A stretch of DNA of 64,000 nucleotides, taken from the NCBI GenBank assembly GCA_907165135.1, contig OU015567.1, positions 8,494,001 through 8,558,000 of the forward strand. Reading direction: 5' to 3'. Each line of letters opens with the position of its first letter. The first letter of the stretch is position 1. The notes below the pieces were generated by a model. The model was not told where the DNA came from. It saw only the letters and a list, made by a program, of their open reading frames with translations, and searched no databases. This stretch comes from Oikopleura dioica (lineage: Eukaryota; Animalia; Chordata). Below, piece after piece: positions 1-11,460 of the stretch. Position numbers and translations under genes: made by a program.

Positions 1-791
1 TTTGCTGAAGGATAGGGTCACGATAAGATCGGATTTTTAAGGTGCAAAAAGGGGAAGCCGAAACCGCAGCGTAAAAATCTGAATAAAAAGCCTCTCCGGT
101 GTGCTACAAAACGAGAAAGCCGCCTGCGGCTTGCGGGTTTCAAGGCTAAAAGAAGGGAGTGCGGCTCTTCTATTTTTCTTACGATTCTAACGATTTTGCT
201 TACTTTCTCTGATGTCCTGCAAAAGAAATAAGACAAAAAAGAATTTTGATGAAACTAGGAACTTGAAGTTCTTCGTCTCATAAAATTAGTTTGTTTTTCT
301 AATGAAATATTGTGTCGTGTTCTTTTAACAGAAAGATTATTGATCGTGCCTTCTTTTTAGAAGAAGCATAAATAGTTAGCGGTTAGCTAACTATTTACGC
401 AAGGTAAGCAGCCCTCTTTTGGACTGCTCCTTGACTTCTTCAGTCAGCGGGATTTTTACCTCATCGCTCCAGCTAAAGAAAAATAAGTTGGATTCCCAAA
501 ATTTTAAAAATTACCTCTCAGAATTCGGCGTCGGACCTTCCTTGTTCATGCCAAGGCAGTGAACTGAATGAAAGAGAGTCGATTTTGCCCTGACAACAAC
601 TTCAGTTCTAGAGAAGCGCGAGTTTTTCCTGGAAAAATGGTAATCTGGAGATTTTTTCCATCATTAGCTTGTTTCCGACAAAAAGGCTCTAGAGAAGAAA
701 ATGGGATTGTAGGATGCACTTATTTTTTAATAAAATTGTTGATTCAGAGAAACCGACTATAAATCGATAGTATTTTGACCCTTGAAACCAG

Positions 792-3700
792 GTCGAGCGC
801 TCAATGCTCAGAAGACGAAAGCAAGTCGAAGCAAAACTTGAAGAAAACGAGTACCTGGTCGCTTATTCAACCTTCCCCCGCCTCGGCTGCGAGAAATTCA
901 CCATCCCAGAAGTCGTCATCAATGACCCGGTCACCGACAATCCTTTCACTCAGTCGGAATTCTTCCCCGAACGCGCAATCAACCGCCATCCCCGCTTTCC
1001 AACCCTTTCTCAAAATATTCGACACCGAAGAGGAAAAAAGGTCGAAATCAACATTCCACTAATGATCGATGAAAACACAAGTCGGCCGTTCAGAAGCGAA
1101 GGATTGAAAACGGAGGAAAGCCGACGCGCCCAAATGGACGATCATATTTATATGGACGCGATGGGTTTCGGGATGGGCAATTCCTGTCTCCAAGTCACTT
1201 TTCAAGCGAGCTCGATTTGCGAGGCCAAGCATTTGTACGATCAGTTACTGGGCTCGCATATTTTTAGTTATTGGAGTTCGGAATAAAATTAGTCAGTCAT
1301 AGAGAGGTATCTTTAGGGACACAAGAAATACGCTAGTAATATATCCAATCTCTTGAACTCTGTAGACATGTTGTCGAGCCCAGACAAGTTAATTCCAATG
1401 ACTCCAATAATGCTCGCGATATCAGCCGCTTCTCCGATATTCCGCGGCCTCTTAGCCGATGTTGACACTCGTTGGTCAGTAATTTCTGCCTCTGTCGATT
1501 GTCGAACCGAGGAGGAAAAAGGCTCAGTGCCGCTTAAAAACGACAAATACGTCATTCCAAAGAGTCGTTACGCGTCTGTCAGCTCGTATCTTATGGACGA
1601 GAACCAAAAGTACAACGATATGAAACTCGTTATCAACCCTGAAGCGGAGAAAAAGCTGCTCGATGCGGGAATGGATCCAGTTTTGGCAACGCATTTTGCG
1701 CATTTATTCATCAGGGACCCGGTTACTCTTTGGGGCAACAAGTAAGTTCAGATCGGTTTACTTCGGATGGGAAAGATGAATTAATTATTAGAATATATTT
1801 GGATGATGAGAAAGAGTCCGATCACTTCGAGAATATTCAATCGACAAACTGGCAAACGCTGAGATTCAAGCCGCCACCACCGAACTCGCCCATCGGCTGG
1901 CGAGTTGAATTTAGACCGATGGAGGTTCAATTCACCGAGTTTGAAAACGCTGCCCATTCCATTTTCATCGTGCTTCTTACACGCGTTATTTTAAGGTAGC
2001 TTTCAACATTTTTACTGTATCGATAAAATTTTAGTTACCACCTGAACCTGACCGTCCCAATCTCAAAAGTAGAAGAAAACATGAAACGAGCAGAACACCG
2101 TGACGCCGTTTTGAAGCAAAAATTCTACTTCCGAACTAATCCTGACGAAGAAACGCCAAAGATCCTCGAACTCAGCTGTGACGAAGTCATAAACGGAGGA
2201 AGAGGATTTTTCGGTCTCATTCCATACATGAGAAAGTACTTGGACGACTCTGGCACTGATATTAAGACGAGATGTAAAATTCTGGTGAGTTTACTGGTGT
2301 TTATTTGATTTAATGAGTATATCAGAGTATGGCGAGTGTTTGATAAATGAAAATATTTTTTGATTCAGGAAACTATCTTCAATTTTTTCTATAAATTATA
2401 GACTCAATTATTGAGTTAGAGATGAAGTAGTTTATGATTTCAGTACGAAATTCTAACTCATTCCTTTTTTTCCGATTGCGGTTAGTTCTTTCCGTTTTTC
2501 TTTTCTTGCTTCGACGCATTGTCTCGATCATTTAATCGTTTTAGTTGATCTTCCATCTCTTCTTCCTCATCACTGATGTCTGTGTAATCCGAGTCGGATA
2601 AGGAAGGGTCGAGCATCAGTGGGTCTTCCTTGCCAAATGTGTATGGCTTCATCAGGACATCCACGTGCGAGTGAAGACCTTTTTTGACTCCCTTGTTCAC
2701 TAAAATAGCTTGTTAGTTTGAAAATAAGAGTTTGATTGAACCTTTTTTTCTTGGCTGGGGAGTTTGAGCGTAGTCCTCAAATCCAGGGATCGAAACGCAA
2801 GCAAATTTCCGCATTTCATCGGTTCCCTCCCTCCCGAATCGCGCCAATAGCACTTTTATTTTCATTTTCTTCTCTTTGAAATCAGCCATGTAGAGAAAAG
2901 TGAAGATGTGATAACGGTGGCGGATCTTGAGTCGGACTTTGATGGCGAAAGTCCGATGGTGGTAGTCAGTCTGAGTATCCGTGCAAGTAGGGAAGTACAC
3001 TGGGTACTCCCAGCCTTCTTTGGGCGACGGAATCTTGTACCAGTCTGGTTCTTTGTTGTGGATCGGGCAGGGCATCTTTTCCAAGTCCCCGCTGTTCATT
3101 TGAACATTCACTTTCTTCAGGTTATCCAGTCGTTGCCGAGCTTGATTATAAAAGATATTAACTTTCCTTATATTTCAGTAGAGCTCACCGTTTCGTATCT
3201 TTTCCGCAGCGGCTTCTTTTTCCATTGCATTCTGAGCCGAAGTAGCCTTCTTTCCTTTGTTTACCCACTTATCTCGTACTTCCTCTTTTTTCGGAGTCAT
3301 TATATGTAAAATTATTTAATAATTCGATTAAAATTGTAACCCTTAGCATAGCTGGCGATTTTTGCTTCCATCGCCGTGGTCATTTGCTCGATCGCTTTGT
3401 TCGCCTCGTCGACGACTTCCTCTGGCACATGCCCGTCTTTGAAACACTTGCTCTTGTAAAACTCGATCTTCTCCCGAGCTTTCTGGATTTCCGACATTCC
3501 GTTGTCTAATCTCTTCTTGTGATCCGCCAGTTCCTTTTCGCTCAGATTCTGTCGCTTGGAAAGATCTGGGAATCTCGCACAATCTTCATTGATTTTTTTT
3601 ATAATCGTCTTCGGAAGAGTCACTGTTTTCTTCGGGGGCTTCGCGACTTTTGGCTTCTTCGTCTTTTTCATCCCCTAAAGTAAAGTTTAAACATGATCGT

Positions 3701-4973
3701 GTTAAAAGCTCGACCAATCAGCGACTTGAAATATATGTTCGCTATTGTCGCTACTCGGTGTAGAATTTACCTTTGTGTTGTTGTTTCTGGGTGGGTGCAT
3801 GTTGCAAATTTGTTTCGGCGCCTCGATCACTGTAGTTTCAATAGGAATCCCATCACTGTTCCTCGTTGTCCTTGTGACGCAATTTTCATGATCTGTGGAT
3901 CCGCATCGAGAGCATTTCTTGATCCCTAAGGCAATTAGTAATACACAAAAAATGGTCTCTTTTACCTGGGTAGCTTCCAAGTCGTTCTTCTACTGGAGGC
4001 CGAGGTTTTCCATACAAATTCTCTCTTGCTTCTGTGTGAGGGGTGTCAGTATTTCAATAGTCTAGCAGACAGAAACTAAATTCACGGAAATTTCGACCTG
4101 AACTACGACCCTGGCTTTGATTTCCTCCTCGGACATGTTAAAAAGCGTTCTATTTTCGTGTTATTTTCAAACTCTTTTTTTTTCTCAAGGAAATTTAGTC
4201 GTTGGAAATAACACGTGCTTATAAGCATTCGGCCCCAAATGATCCTTGACCTGGTTGAGCAACTCCTTGTACTTGGGAAAGTACTCTTCTTGTTTTCCTT
4301 CGCGCATCTCTTTCGCCTTTTCCATGATAAGTCTCTCGGCCTCCAGCCGCCGAGCGGACTTTGGCTTGTCAGACATTTCGCTCGACTAAAATGAATTTTT
4401 TTTTCCCGGCGCTGGATAAACATAATCTAGAGATATCGAGATCTCAAACACAGGAAGCAATATTTTTGCGCGACTACTCCGAATCTATAAGTTTTTTTCT
4501 TGTAGAAAATTTTATAAAAGTCAAAAAAATACAAACATATTGATAAAGTATTGCCCATAATTTATTATTGGTAATTTTTCCAAGAATGTACTTGCGGCAT
4601 ATTCCTCGTATCAAAATATCGTCATCAACAGCCGTGAAAACTATTCAGAATAGATTAAAACCGCATTAATATGCACTTTGTTAATAAAACCATCCAAAAC
4701 TAACCTATTTTCAGTGCTACCTCGATTTTGTTTCACTGCGCGCGAGTGGGAAACTGAAAACTACGGCAAATTGGATGCGAAATTTTGTCATGAGCCACCC
4801 GGACTACAAGAAGGATTCTGTTGTTTCTGACAAAATTACTTACGATTTGACTGTGCTCGCCGATAAGATTGTTCAAGGAAAACATCATGGTAAGATTTGA
4901 CAAACAATAATGGCGCTAGAAATGTGTGTGTTTAGATGCGACTCTACTGCCGAAGCGAAATGACTGTTTTTGA
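792..4973 (+). CDS. GCLC: Glutamate-cysteine ligase catalytic subunit, 3' part (exons ~792-1244/1251, ~1384/1389-1741, 1792-1995, 2035-2284, 4715-4889, 4936-4973); 5' exons lie upstream of the window
   Basis: Translations match GCLC motifs: [84 protein letters not shown]. The C-terminal exon [37 protein letters not shown] joins in phase 0 across intron 2285-4714. Confidence 0.95.
2482..4376 (-). CDS. Uncharacterised multi-exon Lys/Glu-rich protein nested antisense in the GCLC intron; contains [12 protein letters not shown] (zinc-knuckle-like); 5' structure uncertain
   Basis: ORF segments 3702-3980, 3312-3671, 2713-3111 and 2482-2700 are linked in consistent phase by mostly 40-55-nt GT-AG introns. 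The link to the 4185-4376 ORF could not be resolved. Confidence 0.6.
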
Positions 4974-7900
4974 TGAAGGCGTCGTGAATGTTCTTTTTAA
5001 TTTGATTAAGTTGCTGTGTATAATGATTGTTCCCAAGTAAGCTTCTGAATATGTTCTGAAATTTCGATTTCCAATCTCAAGGCATGTCAATCCTGTACTT
5101 ATTTCCATAATATATATTTAAAATCTTTTCAAATCAACTGGCGCTTTTCTACTTTATCGCGAGAGGAATTCAGCTTCATACAGTTCTTATCGAATCAGAT
5201 ACAGTATAAAAAGCAGGTCATAAGGATAGTCAAAGTTGAAGTGCTGACTTGAGGGGCATCGAGGTCATTCAATATGAAGGGTCGACTTTCAGGAATAAGA
5301 TGGAAGCTGACAGTGACCTGGCGTGACTGGGACGACTTCCCAAAGTCCTCCAACAAGGCCGACATTGAAGCATCATCAATACCGTATTGAAAATAGGAAA
5401 GAGATCCTATCTGCCACGTGGTGGAAACAGTGCATGTTGTTAACCGATAGACGGAGACGTAGAGAAACAAATAAATTAATAATAAATCAACGAGGAGGAG
5501 TATAAACTTGGCGTCGTGTGAATAAACGCGTTGATTTTTTAAAAAAGAAAAGAATGAAGAAATATTTTGTATTTGTTGCTTTGGCTATTTCGAGTTTAAC
5601 ACGCACAGATGCGCACAGAACTACGAATAATATGGACATCAGGAGAGGATAGTCGGTAGAGTCCTTGGAGTTTCTTGAAATCAAGGAAGAGTGCTCTGAT
5701 TATCCAAAATAAGAGGAAGTTTCATGCAAGAATTAGGCAGTGATTCCAAAACATTTGAACCCGATTCAAGTGAGAAACAAGCAAAATAAGCATTCAATCA
5801 TGTATTCAATCTACTAGATATTATGGACATGGTCAGCCGTATTTTGTCATTTGATAACCCAGATTTGGAATCCTCAAAAAGGCCTCGATCCTTCAGATTC
5901 GAACGATAATGCAACTCCTGTATCTGATCCCCTCTCACTTTTCAATGTTCTTCTTGGTTCCAAATACATGTGACAATCGTTTTTTCCTGAGCAATAAATA
6001 CTTCGCTGTTTCCGGATTGATGCATCTTTGCCTTCTTTTTTCAGAAAAGTGGCGAGAAAGTGTTTGGTTTTGAAACCAAGTCCCTAATTTGCGCTAATAG
6101 TCCTCAATTTGCAGAACCGTCAGAACTCTGTTCTGGTCGATTAGGCGGCGAGTGTCGGTAAGCGCTCACTTCTAGGCTAGAATAACAGACCGATTTGGCA
6201 CACACTGCAGCGGTGCATTTGTTGGAGTGTTCAGGCAAGATAAACATCAGTGCACCGCTAATTTGCTTTTGATATTAACACTGGCGCTTGAAGCCGTTCT
6301 GAGATTCACGCTGGGAAAGATGGATCATTAATCCCTTTGATATACATTCAATACATAAAATTATGTTTACTCATCTCTCTTTGCATGTGGCCTGCAGAAA
6401 GTCATCTTGTTCGATTTTGAAAATCGCCCTGTTTTCGCAACTTTAATCCAATTCAGCCGCACATGAGCTGTAATACGGCTCAGAAGGAGTATGAATCCTG
6501 TTGTCCCTAATTTCAAATTTGCGATGGCTCAAAATTACCACGGTTGAGTCTTTTCTCGCTCTGACGATTATTTCGTTAGTGTTTTGGATTAGCCCCCGTT
6601 ACCCGTCATTATGGCGATTTAGCTCATTAGGCACCCAGGGAAGTTATTTCTATTCGAGCAAAGTGTGAGGGGAGCGCGATTAGTCTCCTGCTGCTTGGCG
6701 ACAATACAGAATTAATATCACGTGGAACATACTTTTTGACATGGAACTTTTTCCAATTTCATAGTTTGAGTTGGTTTTAAGGGTGTTCTTAGCTTTTTTT
6801 CATAAAAAAGTCTAAAATAAATCCCGGTTTTTGAATCATGAATTCTACGGACCAAAAATTAGGGTTCATGTTGAGTTTTAAAAGTTCAGTTTTTTTGGAA
6901 TATGCGATGCTCATTTCTATCGAAACCGCCAGGTAGTTTCAGGTGGTAAAGAGGAAGTGTTTAGCAGCTGGGCGGGTGTTTAACATTGTCCACAACTCGA
7001 CTAGTCTATTATATCTTCCTTTACAAAGGCGGCGTCGAGTATCTGGATAATAGTTGAGGCGTTTCCGATTTGGATTAAGATTTTCGCAGAGCCCTGTGTA
7101 GTTGGCAGCCCTTGCGCTCAGCCACTTCCGCCAGTAAGGGTCCAAAACCATTTGGCTAAATTCGAAAGACTCCTTTTGTCCACAGCTGAAACGTTTTTGT
7201 TGGCGACTTCCGATGATTACTTTTTCATTTGAAAATGGTGCTAGTTGATGTCATTTTCTCATCGTTAACTTTTGTGACGAAGATGTTTGGTTTGTGTATT
7301 TGTGTCTGTATAAAATGAACATCTTAACCCATCTAGTATGACTGTATATCTTTGACTATCGCACACTTATAATTTCATGGAGCTGACCATGAATTCAATA
7401 AAATCCCCCGTGGATTTGATTTTCTTTGTATATTTTCGCCGGGTCAAGGGGTTCTCAAAGGGCCATTCTGTAAAGCTACTGTAGCAGGTTCGATCGTTGA
7501 ACATGTATTGTTCGGAAAAGCGGTTGACGAATCGAAGATGACAGGAGCTGTCGGAATGAGTTAGCCATTGTACAAGTTAGCATTGTTAGTTATAGCTGGA
7601 ACCAATGGCCGATTTTATGCACGAAATACTAAATAACTTTCAATCACTTCACCTGGCTAAGTTTGGCATTGTACGGCCTCGCAGGGTGCTAATCGTAGAA
7701 AATAACAGAAAAGAAAAGAACCTCCTTGAATAGCCCAGTTGAAAACAAATCCGCTAAAGGAGACACACTGACACTTTTCGAATTACTAATTGGACTACTG
7801 TATTATCAAGTACTGTGTTGATAAATGGCCCTGAGAAAAAGAAGCGAGCAAGTTAGATAAACTCACTTCCGCTCAGCAAGCTTCAAAGGATTACCGGAAC

Positions 7901-8760
7901 ATGCATCATTTGTCAAGAGGAGTGAAAAATTAGGGCTCACTGGGAATTAGGAATTGTGAAAAATTAGCAAAAAATGCAGCGCTAGAATCAGATAAGGCGG
8001 CACTCTTCCCACAGCTTAGCTCGGGAACAGTGAAAGCGGCCGACCATAAATCCGTTTTGTTTACTGCAAGTGCAATTTTATGGGACTTTACATAACTACT
8101 TTTTTTTGCCTTTGAGATTTGTATTTGAAAACAAATTGAGAATGAAGTTTTTTATCAGGCTTATCAATAATTGCCTATTATCATGTAAGACTCAAATGAA
8201 AGCTATTAAGAGTAAAAAATTATTGAATAAATATTAATTTTCAAATTGTCGATTTTCATAATTTTGGTTCCTGTAACTCACGATTCGCGAAAAATTTATT
8301 TCGAGGAAGAAAAATGGCCAGGTGATTTGAGTATCGACCTTCCTTCCCACTGAGCGCATGGCGAAATTCGCGTGTAACTGTAATGGCAGGTGCAGCTGGA
8401 TCAATCTCTGGCTGCGAATTCCGAAAATTAGCAGCTATCTTATGAAATCGGAATTCCACTCAATGCAACGTCGTACATGGCGATTTTTGAAATACTGTTT
8501 CTCGTGAACTACGTCTCTCTCCTCTTCCTTGGCGATATGGATAATCGTGTCGATCGCGTCCTGAATTCAGAGACACTGGCGATTTTGGTTTCAAAATTAG
8601 CAGATCAATCCGGTGACACACCGCAAAAGTGCTCTTATCAAAGCCGGAAGAGACGTCACAGTTATAGCCGCTATACTTTTGCACATCTCGTCGTTTGCGG
8701 CCTCCTTGGAATTTTCAAGGCGAGATAGTTGCATGAACACTTCGCAAAATTTTCAGTTAA

Positions 8761-9216
8761 CGCCGAAACGCAGGGCGACCAATTAATTGGTACAAGGCCG
8801 TTTAATACCTCATAACTCAACTTTTACTTTACGCTAGAAAAAAATGAACCCCCACTTATGGAGCTCCTTTTTATCGAGGAATTCGATTCCAGCGTCAAAA
8901 AAAAATTTTTTTGAAAATTTTTGATTTTAGCTATTGAACGAAGTTTTGAACTCGGATATTTTTATATTCTTTCAACAATAGATCGCCATTACGTCGTTAT
9001 TCGACACATTTGGAAATTCGCATATTTACTCATATTTATGTTTTAATATGGGTAAAATATGGGGATGAAATTGAAGCTAAGCGTCTGAGAATTATTTATC
9101 TCTATCATTTATTCAGTAAATTTGACAGTTTCATTGTTAAAAAGGGGTAAAAGGGGCATACCAATTAATTGGTACGATCTGCGTTCAACCTTGAAAAAAT
9201 TTTATGCGTTCCGGCG
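8761..9216. mobile_element. Non-autonomous TIR element (MITE) flanked by TTAA; piggyBac-like
   Basis: TTAA at 8757-8760 and 9217-9220. Termini CGCCGAAACGCA and TGCGTTCCGGCG are inverted repeats with one mismatch. Subterminal ACCAATTAATTGGT palindromes occur near both ends. Confidence 0.7.
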
Positions 9217-9841
9217 TTAAATACTCATTTAGGGGTCTCAAGTTTTACTAGGTTATCAATTTACATTTTGAAAAGAAGTTTCTACGATTTTGAATAAAGA
9301 ATATTTCGTTTTATCCTCACCAAGCAGCTTGATAAAGAATTTCTCAAAAACATCAAGAGTTTTTTAAGAAATCATCATCTCCCTTGAGAGCCATTATAGC
9401 AATTCTTCCGCTACCCCTGCTGGCCCATTCATTGTCATCGCCGTCTGATCCGCCGATGCTCGTCCTTTTCGAGTTTTGTTTCCGGCTTTCGTCTTTCAAG
9501 TTACACGAAGACCGATGCTGCTGACCTTGAGAAATATATTTGGTAAACAATTAAATCGTTTGTGATGTGGAGCAGTGCCCATTGAGCTAGGAACAGGGCG
9601 GAAAATCGCTCCGCGCAGCTGACAAGCCTGAATCTTCACTCATCTTCTCGCCATTGGCGCTAGAGCGGCTCCAGTTCCGAACAGCGCCGCCACCGGCTCG
9701 TTTAGTCTTCCGGAGCTTTATAAGTCCCCTCTTCATCGATAATAGCATCATTATAATTCGAAATAACTCAGAGCAAAACGCAAAAATACTCAAAACAAAA
9801 CTTTTTGAAAACCAGAAAAACAGAAACAGAAACCAACAAAA

Positions 9842-10895
9842 ATGTTCAGTCTTTTCAACTCTGCCGCAGCTTTGACTGCAGCGGCTGCTGCTCCAGCTAT
9901 GCCTTCTCTTTTCCCTTTTTCGCCAACTTCGGTAGCTCAGCTTTGCACCGTCCTCGAAGAAACTGGCGACTACGACAGATTGGCTCGATTTCTCTGGAGT
10001 CTTCCCGCTCTTCCACCAATTTTAGACGCCCTTGCTAACGATGAAATTCTCCTCAGAGCTCGAGCAGTTGTTGCTTATCATCAGGTAATTACAAGCTCAT
10101 GAAAAACTTTTTTTCTAAGAGAACATCTTTAGGGAAACTTTCGCGAACTCTACCGCATCGTCGAGTCCAAACGATTCTCAAAAGCTCACCACAGTAAACT
10201 CCAAGAACTCTGGCTCGAAGCCCACTATGGCGAAGCAGAAGCAACTCGAGGTCGATCTTTGGGCCCAGTCGACAAATACCGAATCCGCAAAAAGTACCCA
10301 CTTCCTCGAACGATCTGGGATGGCGAGCAGAAATCGCACTGCTTCAAGGAGCGCACAAGAACTCTTCTCCGCGAAAGTTACATCAAGGATCCCTACCCAA
10401 ATCCAACCAAAAAGAGAGAACTTGCCGAACAGACAAATCTGACTCCGACTCAAGTTGGCAACTGGTTCAAGAATCGACGACAGCGGGATCGAGCAGCCGC
10501 AGCTAAATCTCGGTAAGCAATGTTATGATACCATTTTCGGGAATAACTGATAAAAAAGACAAAGATTTTCTTTAAAACTTCTTAGCCGTTTCAATTTCTC
10601 TAATCGATATTTTAGACTTCCTCTTGACGCCTCTCCAGACTCCGGCACCGCTGGTTCCGTGATCGAAATCCCCTCCTTCCCACCATCTTCACCCGTTTCT
10701 TCGACGCTTTCTATCACTCCCGAGAAGAAATTCAAGCTCTTCACTCCCTACGATCTCACTCCAAACGACTCCTGCGGCACTGCTGCTTCCAACCCTTCAG
10801 TGACAAGTGAGGAGGAAATTGACTTCGAGGAAGACGAAGATGACGAGCTCGACATCATTGTCGACGAAAAAGACGACGAGAACTTGCAGATCTAA
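9842..10895 (+). CDS. Six3/6: SIX3/6 (Optix) class homeobox protein; exons 9842-10084, 10133-10512, 10616-10895
   Basis: SIX domain ([57 protein letters not shown]). The homeodomain starts with [11 protein letters not shown] and ends [19 protein letters not shown], the Six3/6 signature. Introns are GT-AG. Confidence 0.93.
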
Positions 10896-11130
10896 ATAAC
10901 GAATCTGAAATTATTCTTCTATTTGTAAAACCTTTCTTCATTTTTGTACATCTTCAACCCATTCATCCTGTTTTCATAATACAGTCAAATTCTGCATGAA
11001 AAATAACTTGTGTTAGATTTGAAATTTCGAAATATAAACTACGAATCTACAGTAAGATCAAGCAACTATTCAAATATGCTCCACTTGTCGTAACAAAAAA
11101 CATCTGAAGAGGAACCCCGCGGAGAATACC

Positions 11131-11460
11131 TAGGGCCCACACGCAAAGAAAAAATCGGTGACCGCATGGTTCTATGTAAAAACCACCAATATGAAAAATG
11201 TAGCTCTTAAAATTCTGGTCAAGAAAAGATAAAAAAAACTGGAACGCGTAATTGAAAAATCTAGAGAAAAACGCGAAAAACGGACTTCCATATATGGTAA
11301 TGAAATTTGATCGCATGCCCCTAGGCTACCAAAAATTTTTTTGAGGGTAGATTTTTATGCGCATATTACGATGAGCAAATAAAAACTGGAACGCGTAATT
11401 ATAAATTTCGAGATATTCGCCTCTAAAGCCGAAAATTGGCCTCTTTGCGTGTGGACCCTA
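11131..11460. mobile_element. hAT-like MITE (330 bp)
   Basis: TIRs TAGGG(C/T)CCACACGCAAAGA at both ends, perfect 8-bp TSD AGAATACC (11123-11130, 11461-11468), and an internal direct repeat AAAACTGGAACGCGTAATT present twice. Confidence 0.85.

Noticed and set aside
369-397. Perfect 12-bp hairpin TAAATAGTTAGC/GCTAACTATTTA
   Set aside because: Isolated, with no TSD or second copy; no function can be supported.
5000-8730. Scattered 60-90-aa ORFs (5195-5470, 6939-7151, 8477-8728 and others)
   Set aside because: No recognisable domains or consistent splice chain; more likely intergenic/regulatory DNA upstream of Six3/6 or decayed sequence.
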